Shown here: in pieces, positions 38,240 to 52,030 of the stretch
How positions within the stretch are numbered: the stretch's first letter is position 1
Layout of the letters: the number at the start of each line of letters is the position of its first letter
NCBI RefSeq assembly: GCF_048593235.1
Contig: NC_133617.1
Coordinates: forward strand, 476,202,958 to 476,266,957
DNA length: 64,000 nt
Reading direction: 5' to 3'
Source of the DNA: Sminthopsis crassicaudata
Lineage: Eukaryota
Notes under the pieces: generated by a model
The model's database searches: none
Told to the model about the DNA's origin: nothing
Seen by the model: the letters and a program-made list of their open reading frames with translations, nothing else
Position numbers and translations under genes: made by a program

Positions 38240-41200
38240 AAGATGTCCATAGGAGATAGATAAAAGATATACACCAAAATATTTGTGGCAACATTTTTTG
38301 TAGTAGAGAAGAACTGGAAACAAAAGTGGCAATCAATTTAGAAATGACCAAACAAATTATAGCACAAAAATGAAATGTAAGAAAAGAAAGAAAATAAGAA
38401 AAAAATGAATATAATATATTCAGAGAAGAATAGGAAAACATATTAACTAAGGCAAAATGAAGCAAGCATGACCAGGAAAATAGCATGCATGATGACTACA
38501 ACAATGTAAATAAACAACAACAACAACAATAGAAACAGAAATTAAAACTTGATATTATGAAATTATAATGAGCAAGGTTAGCCTTGGAGAAGATATATGA
38601 GAATGCAGCTCTCCATCTTCTTTGCAGAGATGTGGAGTCTATGGATGGACACTGTATGTTCCATTGGACTTGGTAGATAAGCTGCTTGGTTTCGCTAACT
38701 TGATTTTTTTTCTTGTTTTTTTTTTTTTTCTTTTTATCATAAGAAATGGCTCTCTGAGTGGAGAAAGGAGAGAAAGAAGGATTCAATGAGAAAAGGTGGT
38801 GACAAAGAAAAAACAGAAGAAAATAATAGAAAAATTAAACAGAAGAAAGATGTTATTCTGGCAGCAATATGAAGGAACTGAAGATTTCATTTCCCTTTGA
38901 CTCCCATGAACTCCCTCCTCACTTCTTAGAATCCTTGGTTCCCTCTAAGCTCACCTAGTTACTAAAGGAAGATTTTCTGATCCTCCTAATTGTTAGTACT
39001 TTCATTCCTCAAATTATCAGGTATCTACTCTCAATAGAATGCCCCTTAAGGGCAGAAACTTTTACTTATTCTTTGAATCCTCTGTGCTTAGTCCAAGAGA
39101 GCTTCAGTTATGGGTTTTCTGGGAAACAAAAGGTAACAGTTTCCTGGCAGCAATGCCAATCAAGAGGTTGTTTCAAGGCAATTTCCCTCTACTCCCACCC
39201 CACACACATATCCCAGAGTTAAAATCCACACATTTCCTTTGGTTTTAGTCAAAGAGATTAAAGTTCAATTTATATAAACTTCAAGTCAAGGAAATGAAAT
39301 TTTTCCTGCAAAAGGTCTTGATCAAACCATGGGATTAAGTTTCACAAGCATCTTTTAAGCAAAAATTGTGTGAAAGGCACAGTGCTGAGTTCAGGACATG
39401 GGAAAGTAGAGCATCCTCTGACCTCAGGAAGCTAACATTCTATTTAAGAGAATCTTAATATTGGAAAAGTTATTAGACTTACCTTAGAGTTCTTTCACTG
39501 TAGCAACTCACCTAATGTTGAAAGTGAGAGGCAAATTAGTGCAATGGAATTTGGAGGTAAAGGACTAGATTCAATTCATAGCTTTGTTACTTTCCTGCTG
39601 TGGCTGTTACACTGTTATACAAACCCTTAATTTCCTTCCACCTGGGTTTCTTAATCCATTAAAAAGAAGGTATCCAATTAAAGTTGTTGAATTAAAGGCC
39701 AAGTAGCCTGGTGGTTACTACCACCTCAAAAAGACCATTTCTGGCACATATCATCTATCCCCTCTTTGAATACTTCCAGAGATGAGAAGCTCACTTCCTC
39801 ACAAGGTAGCCAGTTCGATTGTTCAACATTTCTGTTAGAAAGATGTGCCTCCTACTGAATAATAATCTGCTCCTTTATAACTTAAAGGCCAGTTAGCCCA
39901 ATCCCTTTAATTTATGTGCTGGGAAGCTGAAGTCCAGGGAGCTCAAGTTGAGCCTTTTAAATTGCCAAATTTCATGTTGTCAATCTCTAAAACCAGGACT
40001 CTTTCCACAATCCTGTATTACTTCCCACCCTCTAGTCCTGGTTCTGGACCCCAAAGTTACTCCAAAAAATTCCATTGTTCTCTTCTTGCTTGGAATCTGT
40101 TAGTGGTATTCCTTGCTCAGGCTTGTCCCTTTTGGAAAACATTTTGTCAAATGTTACAAATGGTACAAAGAGACAAGCCAAATTTCTAAAAAGAAAATTT
40201 CCTTCCTTAACCTCTCTATATAGAGAAGTAAACAATGGTTAGAGAAACCAGAAGTTCCTAAGCTCTTTAAATTGTCAAATAAAATGGTTGGATTAATTTA
40301 TCTCTGATGCCCTAAGACATAAAATGCTTGACCTAATATCACATAGTTATCCTGTGCCCAAGGATGCCTCATTCTACTTGGTAATGCCATTTATCTTCTT
40401 TGTATGTGTGTTCTGTCTCTTTAATTAGATTGTAAACCCCTTAAAGAAGGAACATTAGTCAAGTATTTAATGGATTATCATGTAGAAGAGGCACTAAAAC
40501 AATTTATTCTGGTTGGCCCCAAAATGCAGATGCAAGAGCAATGAGAAGGGGTTGCAGAAAAGAAAATTTAGTTTAGAGTTAAGGAAAAATTTCCCAACAA
40601 TTTGGGATAATGAGTTCTCCTTCATTAAAGTCCTTAAGGAATAAGGACTTGACCAATGATTTTATTTGTACAGAGAATCCTCTGAACTCTCTGAAGAGTC
40701 TCTAATAGCTCCTTTATATTTTCTCTGCCTCAGTGCTTCCTATAATGCCTTTCCCTCAATAGATGTTCAATGTTTGTTGACTGGAATGGAAAGGTAAGTG
40801 TTATAACAGCAATACTCCACCTGAAGATTCATAAAGAAAACAACATATCTCTGAGGTGTAATAGTATGGCCTCCTCATTCCTTGAGTTACAGAGGTATAA
40901 AGACCTTTTCATCATGAACCCAAATCTTGCACAACCTGGAGTGGAGACAGTGTGCAGGGATACCCACTCAGGAATTTACTGTTTAATTAATTTGACTGTG
41001 ATCCAAAAATGCTACATGCCAGAAATCAATATTGACTGTACTGATTTACCGGATTTAAAATACTATAAAAACAGAACTGCGCGCAGACCCAGTTTGTCTT
41101 GGCCAATAGCAGAAGCTGGAGGTCTAGGTTTAAAATACATCATTAAAGTTGCATAAGCAAAGAGTGAAACCATCCTGGAGTATTAACAAATAGGGACCCT

Positions 41201-41499
41201 ACTCCATTGGATGAAGAGAGAGAAAAAAGATTAGGTTGGTTACTGCTTTTTGGCATTGGGACAGGAGAAAACAGGTGTTGGTCTACTGAGGTTCAAACAC
41301 ATAATTTTAGTCAATGGCAGTGCTGAAGGCATCATTTTGTGCAAATTTTGCAATTCCTCAAAGAATAGATGTTCACAATCTTGTGACCTCTGCTTTTTCT
41401 GTATATTCTTTCCCTTGGAAATTTGATCCACTCGTATTCAATTATCATCTCTAGGTAAATAGCTTCCAAATCTTTTGTATCAGCAGTGGAAAGAATGCT

Positions 41500-42290
41500 G
41501 AATTTGCAGTAATGTGGATCTGCATCAGGGAATTAACTATTAGGGAGAGAAGGAGAAATATAGAAGAGATACTATACAGTTGGAAATGGCAAAATATGAG
41601 AATGGATTAGATATGCATATCCAATTTGACTGAGGTATCTAAGATGACATCTGAATTGTGAGTCCTGGATGAATGGGAAGAAGATAATACCTTGGAGATA
41701 TCCAATAGGTAGTTGGTGACATGAAACTGGAACTTAGGAGAGATATTGGGGCTGGATCTAAGAATCATCTTTATAGAGATAATAAATGAATGATCTAAGA
41801 ATCATCTTCATAGAAATAATAAGTGAATGCATGGGAGAAATGAGATCACCAAATGAAATATAATAAGTGGGAAAGAGGGTCAAGGTATCCTAAAATTAGC
41901 AGGTATGAATTACAAGAAGCACCTACAAAAGAGATTGGTTGGATAGAAGCAGGAGAAACTAGTCATGAAAGCCTAGGAAAGAATATCCAGAAAGCAGTAG
42001 TCAAGAGTGTCACAGATGACAAGTGAGAAAAGACTATTAAGTGATTATCAATGTGCTCAAGACCAGACACAGTCATATGCTCAGGGCACCTTCAGATAAG
42101 AGCAAGTTTGCTTCAGCAATGGGAGATGGGTCTAGAAAAAGGTTGGATCATAGGAGGTTTCAAACGGAGGTTAAGGACTTTGGAATTTGTACAATAAGTC
42201 AGCGGAAAGTCACTTAAGACTTAAGTAGGAGAGTTGTATGATTGAAACCATTCATTAAAACTATTAATTTAGCAGCAATGTGATATAGTA
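41500..42290 (-). mobile_element. L2 remnant with an internal 37-bp tandem duplication
   Basis: gaatgcatgggagaaatgagatcaccaa; duplicated unit at 41755-41791/41792-41828. Confidence 0.6.
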
Positions 42291-42369
42291 GAACACAAAA
42301 TTTGAAGTCAGAAGACCTAATTTAAATGCTTACTACTTGCATGACTTTAAAAAGTCGCTTAGCAGTTGT

Positions 42370-42383
42370 TTAATTGTTTGTTT

Positions 42384-42414
<31 letters not shown>

Positions 42415-42655
42415 CCGGTCCCGTCTGACTCTTTGTGAGCCCTTCTGGGGTTTTCTTGGCAAAGATACTAGAGTAATTTGACATTTCCTTCTCCAGATCA
42501 TTTGACAGATAAGGAAACTGAGGCAAAGAGAATTAAGTGATTTGCCCAACTACTTAAACAATTTAATTTAACACTAACCAATATCTTAAGTTGCCTTTGA
42601 ACTTGTCTCCCTGATTCCAGGCCTAGTACTCTAGCTACTGCATCACCTAGCTGTG
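42370..42655 (-). mobile_element. MAR1-type SINE with a poly(T) tail
   Basis: ggggttttcttggcaaagatactagagt...aggaaactgaggcaaa. Confidence 0.8.
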
Positions 42656-42661
42656 CTGATA

Positions 42662-42960
42662 GCCAGTGTATGCAACTTAATAACTATAATCCCTAATACT
42701 GAGGAGGCTAAGGCTAGTGAATTGCTTAAAAATCAAGATTTTTGAGCTTCCTAAATCCATCAGACCATATTAAGTCTGGAACTAATAAAGTTAGCTCCCT
42801 ATGGAAGTTGGGTGGAACTAGGTGGAACCAGGCTGCCTAAGGAGAGGTGAGCTAGCCCAGGTTGGAATCAGAACAGGTTATATTTTTTACACTATTCAAT
42901 ACTGGGATGAGCCCATGAGTGACCACTACATTTCTAGCCTGGGTGAAATAGATCAAGCCT
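42662..42960 (+). pseudogene. RN7SL: Near full-length diverged 7SL (SRP RNA) retrocopy or P7SL-type SINE
   Basis: Colinear with 7SL: atccctaatactgaggaggctaaggct (Alu domain), ccaggctgcctaaggagaggtgagctagcccaggttggaatcagaacagg (S domain), ccactacatttctagcctgggtgaaatag (3' Alu arm). Confidence 0.88.
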
Positions 42961-44389
42961 AAATACACATAGACAGACAGACAGACATACACACACCCCA
43001 TCACCATCACCATCACCAATAACAACAACACTCATATCCCCAAAAGTACCTACCATTGTAAACTGAAGATACAGATGCAATAAATGAAACAATCTCTGTC
43101 TGGATCTGTTTCCTCATCTGTATAATAAATTGGACTAAATAGATCAGTCAGTTAGAGATGGTCCCTTGTAACTCTAGATCTAAGATTCCATTCAAGGATA
43201 GGGAGAGACTAGAGAAACCTGATGATTGCCGTAGTCTCATTGTGTCTGAACTCTAATCAGTGGACAAGGAGAAGGACCACCTTAATAGTCTACTCAAAAA
43301 CCCATGTCCTTGACCCCATACCCAGGCATTAGTAGCCACATCTTATACATTCTCTCAGTAACAAGACTGACTCAACGTTCTAACTGGTTCCTTTCTAATG
43401 AATGCTTCTTTAGCATCTGAATTACTTCCTTCACTAAACTCTGGCCAGAAAGTTGTAAAACCTTGAGACCAGTAAAGAGCTCTCCAAATTCAAGGAATTT
43501 TATAACCTGGCTTTTTCTGCTGACAGAAACTGTTCTGTTGAAAATGTTTAAAGTACATAGAACTTTAAAAAAAAAGTTTGGGCCCTTTTAAAAGTCTTTT
43601 TAAAGTTTGTTCAACATAGTTACACAATGGTTTCCTCACAGTTCCTAAGGGTGGACATACATTGCCCATAGCTCCTCTTTGGCTAAACAGGCCACAGCCT
43701 GACCGTGGAAAAGTTATTGGCAGTTTTATTCTATGTATGAAAAAAATCCCCTGGTTGGATTCCTAGGAGGTCTGGGCAAGCACCCATATTTGTATTTGGT
43801 TCCTGTGGTTCTACACCTGAGCTCTGAGCTTGGAGTTTGGAGTCCCAAGGCAAAGGAGGAATGAAAGTTAAGTCCAAACCACTACAGAACAAAGGGTTGC
43901 ATCTAAAGCCATTCATCGCCTTGTATTTGCTCATCTTTTCACGTAGTTTGGCTCAAACCTAGGCCACAAAGTGCTCGAGGAAAACTGGAATGTGAGCTCG
44001 TGAATCTGCCAGCAAATCATGGTAAATGCCAGCCTCTGGACCAGAGATTCTCCTCTCAGATATAGTGAAAAAAACAATCTCTCATGTCAGGATTGAGTGT
44101 CCATAGTCAACTAACTCCTTTTAGACTTCCATAGGTGAACCAGTTTGTGTCATTTCCAAGCTGCAAACCTATTGCTTTTCACTGGACGAATAGGGTCACC
44201 AAGTAGATGCTCAGAAATTTCTGTAAGTTCCCATTCTATGCCTTTTCCTAGCTATCTACTACATGCTGAGAATGTTCTTTCTCCTATCTTTGCCTTTTGG
44301 CAACCTTAGCTTCCTTTTAAGCTTACATCAAATGCTTCCTCCTGCAAAAAAGCCTCCCCTGATTTCCTAGTTGTATTTATTTTGTGTTT

Positions 44390-44945
44390 AGGGTTCAAAT
44401 GAAATTATTTGATTATGCCTTAAACTCAAATCACTCTGGTTCTCACTGTGAGCCTTTCTTGGTCATTGTTTGGGTTTTGATGGCTCAGAGTGGGTGAAAA
44501 TAAAAATAGTGGTTGTTTTTGTCCTAGCCAGAAATCCTAAGGATCTTCTCCATCCAGATTGATTTTTTTTTCAGTAGACAAACTATGCCATTTTTTGCAC
44601 AACATATCTCTCAGATGTAATAGTATGGCCTCCTCATTCCTTGAGTTACAGAGGTATAAAGACCTTTACATCATGAACCCACTGAATCATTAAATGAGTA
44701 TTGTCTCAAACAAATTGATACTTGGGGAAACCTTAGCTTTGAAAGGCCAAGGTCTCTCATTGTTTTCCAAGCCACTTCTAGTTGTCCTGATCAATGTCTT
44801 ACCACTGAACCACATGGCTCTGGAGAAGAAAATGAGGCTGGTGACTTTGCCCACTTAAATTACTTCACTTGCAAGATAAAACATCACCTTTCTGATATCA
44901 TTAATTCTCTTCAAGAATAAAGGACCAAGGACCAAGAACAATTTA
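44390..44945 (+). mobile_element. RTE-derived SINE (WALLSI2-like) inserted in an L2, carrying an 82-bp foreign segment
   Basis: 3' half homologous to 26200-26430 (ccttagc...aggccaaggtctctca...gaggctggtgactttgc...cacttaaat); L2 sequence resumes after 44945. Confidence 0.7.
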
Positions 44946-45659
44946 TCTGTGTATATGTTCTAAATTACCTCCAGTTAGATGGTCTGATGCAATTAAGCCT
45001 TGAATTCAAATGTAACCTCAGACTCTTAAAAGTTGTGGGATCCTGGACAAGCCACTTACCCTCTCAATCTGCCTCTGTTTCCTCAGGTATAAAATGGGGA
45101 TGATTATAGCACTTATCTCCCAGGCTTATTGGATTAAAAGGATATTCTTTAAATTAACTAATTATTGATGGGATCCTATTTCAATTAATTATCAAATTGT
45201 TATATGTGATCATATTTAAAATTTTTTTTAATTTTATTTATAATTTTTTTACAGTATATATGCATGAGTAATTTTTATAACATTATCCCTTATATTCATT
45301 TTTACAAATTATCCCCTCCCTCCCTATTATATTTAAATTAACATTAATAGGATAATAAATTGTTTAGCACAGTGCCTAGTACTTAGTATGTACATAATGC
45401 TTTCCCCCTTCTCTTCCTCCAGAAGAATGAATAATTCACTTGTTCAGTCAAAAAGCATTTTTAAATACGAGGGATTCAAAGTCATAAATGAAACAACCTC
45501 TGCCCTCAGAGATCTTATATTTCTATAGAGGGAGAGAACACATGCCTATAAGCATATATGAGAAATATGCAAAATAAATACATGATAATTTGTTGAAGAG
45601 TGAGGGAAGACATAATTACTTGAGGATAGAGACTTTTATTTTTGTCTTTATATTCTCAA

Positions 45660-45890
45660 GTCTACTATTTTGAATTGTTTTTCAGTTGTGTTTGACTCTT
45701 CCTTATTCCATGGGAGATTTTCTTTGCAAAAATACTGGAATGATTTACTATTTCTTTCTTCAGTTCATTTTACAGGTGAGGAAACTGAGGCAAATAGGGA
45801 AAATTGACTTGCCCAGGATCACATGGTTAATAAGTATTTGAAGCCAGATTTGAATTCAAAGAGTCTTTCTGACTCTGCACTATCTACCTA
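45660..45890 (-). mobile_element. MAR1-type SINE
   Basis: ttttctttgcaaaaatactggaatg...gaggaaactgaggcaaa...gacttgcccaggatcaca. Confidence 0.75.
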
Positions 45891-46641
45891 TGTCCAGACC
45901 TAATATAGTACCTGAGTATTAAGTAGATACTTAATAAAAGCTTATAATAAATTGAGTTGAATTGAATTTTAAGAGATGATTAAAAGATATTCCCTACTCT
46001 CATTCTAACTGTTTATCAGGAACTGCTTGATTTCTGGGATACAAGCATGGTCTTCCAAGGTTTCTTAGAGAAAAAACCTTTTCTTTCTGCTGGGTGTACA
46101 TTCTTAAGGACCATGTCTTGGCTACCTATCTGAAAGCATCACCCAAATTACTGGCAGAGGCATTTTAGAGGAGTACCTGTCTTTGAGGTAATATGGAAGA
46201 AGTCATAATCTGGTTTAGAAATCACTCTGATTCTTCTGCCAAGCAAAGCAAATAAAACTAAAGCCAAAAAAATACCAAGTCATTCCACAAGCTCAGCTTC
46301 TAGCATGGCTCTCCCAGAAGCATATGATAGAGTAAGAAGAGCACTACATTTTGAGGTAGAAGTCCTAAGTTTTAATCATTACTCTCTTTTCATTATTTTT
46401 GTAAAGTTGGGGAAGTCATTTCACTCTTCTTGGCTTCTCGATCTATTAAATTAAATTTGGACTCAAAAACTTTAAATTCTAGAAGTCTAGATTTTTTTGC
46501 TTTTCTCCTCAGGTCAGATACAAGATGGTGCCATAATCTACTTTTGGCTCATCTAAAGAAATGGAAATATGACAAAGACAACAGCGTAAGAAACTTAAGT
46601 ACAAGCGAAAGGATGCAAAAAGAAAAATCATGACCTAATAT

Positions 46642-46800
46642 GGAACAACTGGATGGCACAGTGGATAGAGCACTAGCCCTAGAGTCAGGAGGACCTGAGT
46701 TCAAATTTTGTCTCAGACACTTCATACTTACTAGCTGTGTGACCCTGGGCAAGTCATTTAACCCCAACTGCCAAACACCCCCCCCCCCAAAAAAAAAGGA
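46642..46800 (+). mobile_element. WSINE1
   Basis: ggatggcacagtggatagagcactagccctagagtcaggaggacctgagttcaaat...tttaaccccaactgcc with a C/A tail. Confidence 0.88.
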
Positions 46801-47699
46801 AAGAAATAACAACTATGACCTAGTACTCAGAGGCAAATTCAGGACTTATGGGATGCAAGGAACATTAAAGAGGGAATCAGAACATACTGTTTTCATCTAA
46901 TTCTGCCATGAACTAGCCATATAAACCATGGATAAATCATTTTTCTCTTCTGTCAGAAGGAAATGGTAAAGTCTAGAGAGGCTAATAATTCAATCTACTT
47001 CAGTGGATTGTGAAAAAAATAATATTAATAATGACTGGGGCTAGAATCCAAGTCTCCTGAAACCTCCACTGCTCTTGACATTATGTCACACCCTGCCTTA
47101 CTTTCTGGCCAAGTGCCCTTGGAGTTTCCTTATACTATAACGATCCTTGGAATTCATTAGAAATCAATTGCCTTTGTCTAGCTAAGGAGGCTGAAGAGAG
47201 AAAGCAGTATTACATGTGCCAAAATATTCATAGTAGCATTTTTATGGTAATAAAAACTCTGGAACTGGTAAGTATATTCTTACCAAAGCATTTCACAGAT
47301 TTAGGGGTCTAAGAAGTGATCTGGTCTAAGCCTTTCATTTTATGGGTGAGGAACTGTAACCCAGACTGGTTAAGTGACTTGCCCAGCATCACACAGGAAG
47401 AAAATGGAAGTGCCTAAAAGTGAAGCCAGTTCCTTTGGGGATAAATCTAGGATGCTTTCTGCTATACCACTCTGTCTCTCTTTTGTCCCTTGTCACATAA
47501 GGGCCTAGTGTAGTCATCTCTTCTTATTGTCTCTACCCTTACCCCCCCAAAGATTGCAAAGCCTTTATCTTGTTGATTCTCTGTCATATCTCTCCCACCA
47601 ATCCTTTTCTCTGCACTGATTCATCCTGTATCCAAGTTCAAGCTTTCATCTTCTCTTGTCTGGATTACTGCAGTTACCTAAAACTAGTCCTCTTCTCTC

Positions 47700-48322
47700 C
47701 ACCAAAGGTTATTAACCTGAGCTCAGTAAGTTTGTTTAGATAGATTGTTGCTTTGGAGTCATTTCTGTCATGTCTGACTCTTCATGATCCTGTTTGGAGT
47801 TTTCTTGACAAAATTGCCATTTCCTTCTCCAGCTCACTTTACAGATGAGGAAACTGAGGCAAACAGGGTTAGGTAACTTGCTCAAGGTCAAATGGCTAAT
47901 ATGTATCTGAGGCTGAATTTAAACTGTAAAAATCTTCCCTGATTCCATGTCTGGTGCTTTATCCACTGAACCATTTAGCAGCCTAAATGAACAGATAGAC
48001 AGATATACAGACAACTGACAAATAGATATAAATAAATAGACAGACATACAAAAATACAGATAGCCAGATAGATAGATGGAGAATAAGTGAAGAAATAGAT
48101 GATAAATAGATTGATACATAGATAATGGATAGATAGATATATGGATACATAAACAGATCTATAGAAAGGCAAACAGAAACTATTTCAATATAATTGGTTT
48201 CCTTTGTAATCCTGTGTATTTTATTTTATGCATTTAAAAACATTCTGAAAAGGGGTCTGTAGGTCTTATTACACTGCCAAAGACATCAAAGCCACAAAAA
48301 AAGATTTAAGAATTCTTGTTCA
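47700..48322. mobile_element. hAT-Charlie MITE split by a MAR1 (47745-47985, minus) and a (TAGA)n tract
   Basis: Left end aaaggttattaacctg; right part atttcaatataattggtttcctttgtaatcctgtg...aaggggtc...aaaaagatttaagaattcttg. Confidence 0.6.
47990..48165. repeat. Degenerate (TAGA/CAGA)n
   Basis: Visible tetranucleotide periodicity. Confidence 0.85.
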
Positions 48323-48954
48323 ACTATCTCCCTTTTCCAATCCAGTCTTCACAAAGCTGCCAAATGAATATTCCTGAAACCTGCCTTTGATCATGTTTGT
48401 CCCCTGCTCTGAATTTCTCTGTGGCTCCCAGTTGCCTCCAGGATAAAATGCAGAATCTTCTGTCTGGCATTTAAAGTCTTTCTTAATCTACTACCCACCT
48501 GTCATTTCTGTCATGTCATATTACTCCTCTCAGGTGCTCTACATTCCAGTCAGTCATATGTTTCCCATACATGACATTCTATCTCCCATCTCAGGAGAAA
48601 GCTTAGTATAGCCTCCTCATTTGTAACTTTAAAATATTTTGGTTTAACAATTACCACAAAATAATAACTAACATTCATATAGCACTTCAAGGTGTGCAAA
48701 TCACTTTACATATATTATTTCATTTAATCTTCATAACTCTGGAAGGTAGGTGTTAGTAATTACCCCCATTTTACTGAGCTAGACAAAAGCTAAGTAACTT
48801 GCTTAGGATAACACAGCTAGTAAGGCTTTAAGCTTGAATTCTATTCTTGGTGATTTCAACTGCAGCTTTCTATCTACTACAAAATATAGTTGCTTCTTTC
48901 AAGGTGTTCAGCTACTACATAATACACGAGCCTTTTCATAATTCCTGCAGTTAG

Positions 48955-49194
48955 NNNNNNNNNNNNNNNNNNNNNNNNNNNNNNNNNNNNNNNNNNNNNN
49001 NNNNNNNNNNNNNNNNNNNNNNNNNNNNNNNNNNNNNNNNNNNNNNNNNNNNNNNNNNNNNNNNNNNNNNNNNNNNNNNNNNNNNNNNNNNNNNNNNNNN
49101 NNNNNNNNNNNNNNNNNNNNNNNNNNNNNNNNNNNNNNNNNNNNNNNNNNNNNNNNNNNNNNNNNNNNNNNNNNNNNNNNNNNNNNNNNNNNNN
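48955..49194. other. Assembly gap (240 N)
   Basis: Run of N. Confidence 1.
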
Positions 49195-51339
49195 GAGGAG
49201 AGAAAGACAATTGTATTATTTTGTTTTCATTTATGCTATTTCTACCCATAGAATATAAACTATAGGAAGACAGGAATTGATTTTGGTTTTGTATCCTGAG
49301 AGTCTAGAAAAGTGCCTTGTATAAAGTGAAGCTTAAACATTTTGAATTAAGGATCTGCCCTTATACTTCTTTTTTCAACTATCACTGTCTAGCAGTGTCT
49401 TACACATTCTAGGAACTCAAACATTGGTTGATTGATTCTTAAAGATCTAGTCTCACCCATTAGGCTCCAAGATAGATTTGTATTTAGGAAAATATTTTCC
49501 CTTTGGACTGTATCTCTCAGAAGTCTTTGGGAAAAAGCTGCATGTATATTTCACCAGAATTCTCTAGAAAGTGACAAGGGTCTCTTACATTAGCATCCCT
49601 CCCAATTCCCTAAATCTAAGCTATCTGAGCAACAGGAATGGTGTCATGGCTCAGGAGAGCCTCACTGGAGCACCAGTTCTTTTCATCTGGAAGATTTTGG
49701 CAGCAGCCCAGAGGGTTATTAACCCCAAGCCCCAGGTTTCACTCACACTGAGTCCACAGTGATTAAGGGGAGAGCTATGTGTGTTGGAAATATCATTACC
49801 AAACATCTCTCCCTCCAAGTAACAATGCCATGAGGCTGAATGTGTTTTGGACACAGTTGAGGTGGGAGCCAATTTATTTTTTTTAAAAACAACAAAAAAG
49901 CCAGAGGTGTCAGGGTGATCTCAATCATTCAGTGAAATTACTCTTGCTGCTGGATGTTGTGGGCTAATTGGTAGAGAAAGATTTTACTGGCAAAAGGCTT
50001 CAATGAATCTACAGTAAATATGACATAATGAGGGCATCAATTAACTTAAGGCAGGAGGATGATTAATTATAAAATCAGGGGCACTCAGGCATGCCTAACA
50101 GCTGGGAAGAAAGATCACAGCAGGGACCATTAGAAGCCCTGCAAGGTCAGAGCTTTCTTGCTTGGAACTCTCTAAAATGTCCCTGACCTGTGAAAATGGG
50201 GAGAAAACAAGAAAAATCCTGCCTGAGGAAAAAAGGCTTAGACAAGTAAGCTGTGTTCTTGATCTTTCCACAGAGAATAAATAACCTGGATGGAAAATTT
50301 TACCTTTGCTCATGTTGGTTGATAACACTTGTTTCATAACCCCCTCCTCAATTTGAGTGCTATGTCACAGACATGCTTTTGTTAGTTATACAGATATTTA
50401 TTGAGCATCTACTAATGCAGAAACTATGCTACCTACTGAGGATACAAAGTTGAATAAGACAAAGTCCCCTGGAGTAATTTATATTCAGATTGGATGCATA
50501 TTAAACAGCAGAGTTGTTCATTGTTTCTCTAATTGTAAGTTTTGAAAAACAATATCATGATTGTGTTCAATAATTATCTGTTAAACACTGGCTAAAGCAA
50601 AATACCTTTATGGAAGGATCTATAATTTCCTTGCTTTAGAGAACTCCTGATAAAGAAATAACTTCTACTGAGATAGATCACAATTGCTCTGTAACTTACA
50701 GTCTGAAAGAGTTGTCTGTCATGTACTGAGATATAAAATGACTGACCTAAGGTCACATGGTCAGCATGTTCAGATACAGGACCTAAGTTCAGGTCTTTTT
50801 GAAGCTGATTCTATGCCCACTAAACAAGTTGACTCAGGATATAAAAAGACAAAAGTGAGATAGCCCCTATCCTCAAAGAATTTATATTTTCCTGGATACA
50901 CACAACAATTAGGCACAAAGAAACTATATAATGAGGAGATATTGAGCAGTAACAATGAAGGAGATGAAAAAAAGTTTTCTATAAGAAGCAATACCTAAAC
51001 TGAGTTCTGACCAAAAATATATAGCAATGCCAAAAGGATGAGGAAAACCAGCCAATTGTAGAAGCAGCGAGGTGATACAACAGGTAGAATATTAGTCAGG
51101 AGGACCTGAATTCAAATCTGGTCTTAGATACTGGTTGTGTGACCCTGGGCTAGATACTTAATCTTTGTTTGCCTCAATTTACTCATCTGTAAAATGGGAA
51201 TGAGAATAATAATAGCCACTAGCTTCCAGGGTTGTTAAGAGCATCAAATGAGATATCTGTAAAGCATTTTGCAAGCTTTAAAGTACTATGCAAATGTTTT
51301 CGTAATTAAGCATCCCAGAAATATTCCTTTTCTTTTTTT

Positions 51340-52030
51340 TCCATTTTAAATTCTACTTCTTTTTTTTTTTTTCCCATGCTACCCTTTAATTGTTCCTTAG
51401 GCTTGCCAAAGTGGCTTAGTAATACCCATAAACATTTCTTAAAAAAAAAAAAAATTATGGATACCTTTTGTCTTTACATAATAGTCCTTCTCCACCCTCC
51501 TACAGGTGGTACCCTCCCTTGTGTCTGGGAAAACAATTAAGCTAAGACATCTAACATGGAAACCTTGCTTGACAACAAATACAATATCTTATCCTAATTC
51601 CACCTCTCTGCTGTGAGGGAGGAAGTATGTTTTGTCTTCTTCCCCCTGTAACTTTCATTTGTTTTTCCATTACTTAGACTTCAACTTCCTTTTAAGGATC
51701 TTTTCATCAAATCATTGTGTATATTATTCTCCTGGTTCTGTTCATTTTGTTCTGCAGCACTGAGTTAAAGACAAGACCTCTGAGGCAATCTCCCAACCAC
51801 CTCATTCTACAGATGAGAAAACTCCTTCCTGTGTTTCTTTGAATTTCTCATCTACTTTATTTCTTGCTGTAAAATAATACTTCATTACATTCACGTACCA
51901 TAATTGTGGCTTTTCTTTTTTCAATCATCCTCCAATGAATGAGCCACCACAGGCTTTTCTTAATTCTCCAAAAACTCCTAGAATTAAAGAAATGACTGAA
52001 CTCCATGGTTTGAGGGCCTAATTGTCTCAG
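51340..52030 (-). mobile_element. Old L1 3' fragment interrupted by a MIR3 piece
   Basis: atattattctcctggttctgttcattttg; tacttcattacattcacgtaccataattg; MIR3-like segment near 51765-51820. Confidence 0.55.

Larger units (their letters stand above)
37410..38800 (+). mobile_element. Older diverged L1 (ORF2 end and 3' UTR) hosting the 37772-38239 insertion
   Basis: Degenerate L1 motifs (gaacaattctcaaaagaagaa; tgttggaggagctgtggaaaaacagg; tttgtggcaacattttttgtagtag). Confidence 0.65.

Noticed and set aside
40770-41156. 128-aa ORF as a possible endogenous viral element or gene
   Set aside because: Starts in an L2 3' end, shows no recognisable viral or cellular motif, and its length is compatible with chance.
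41755-41828. 37-bp tandem duplication in L2
   Set aside because: An ordinary abutting slippage duplication in a neutral fossil, so not counted among the templated insertions.
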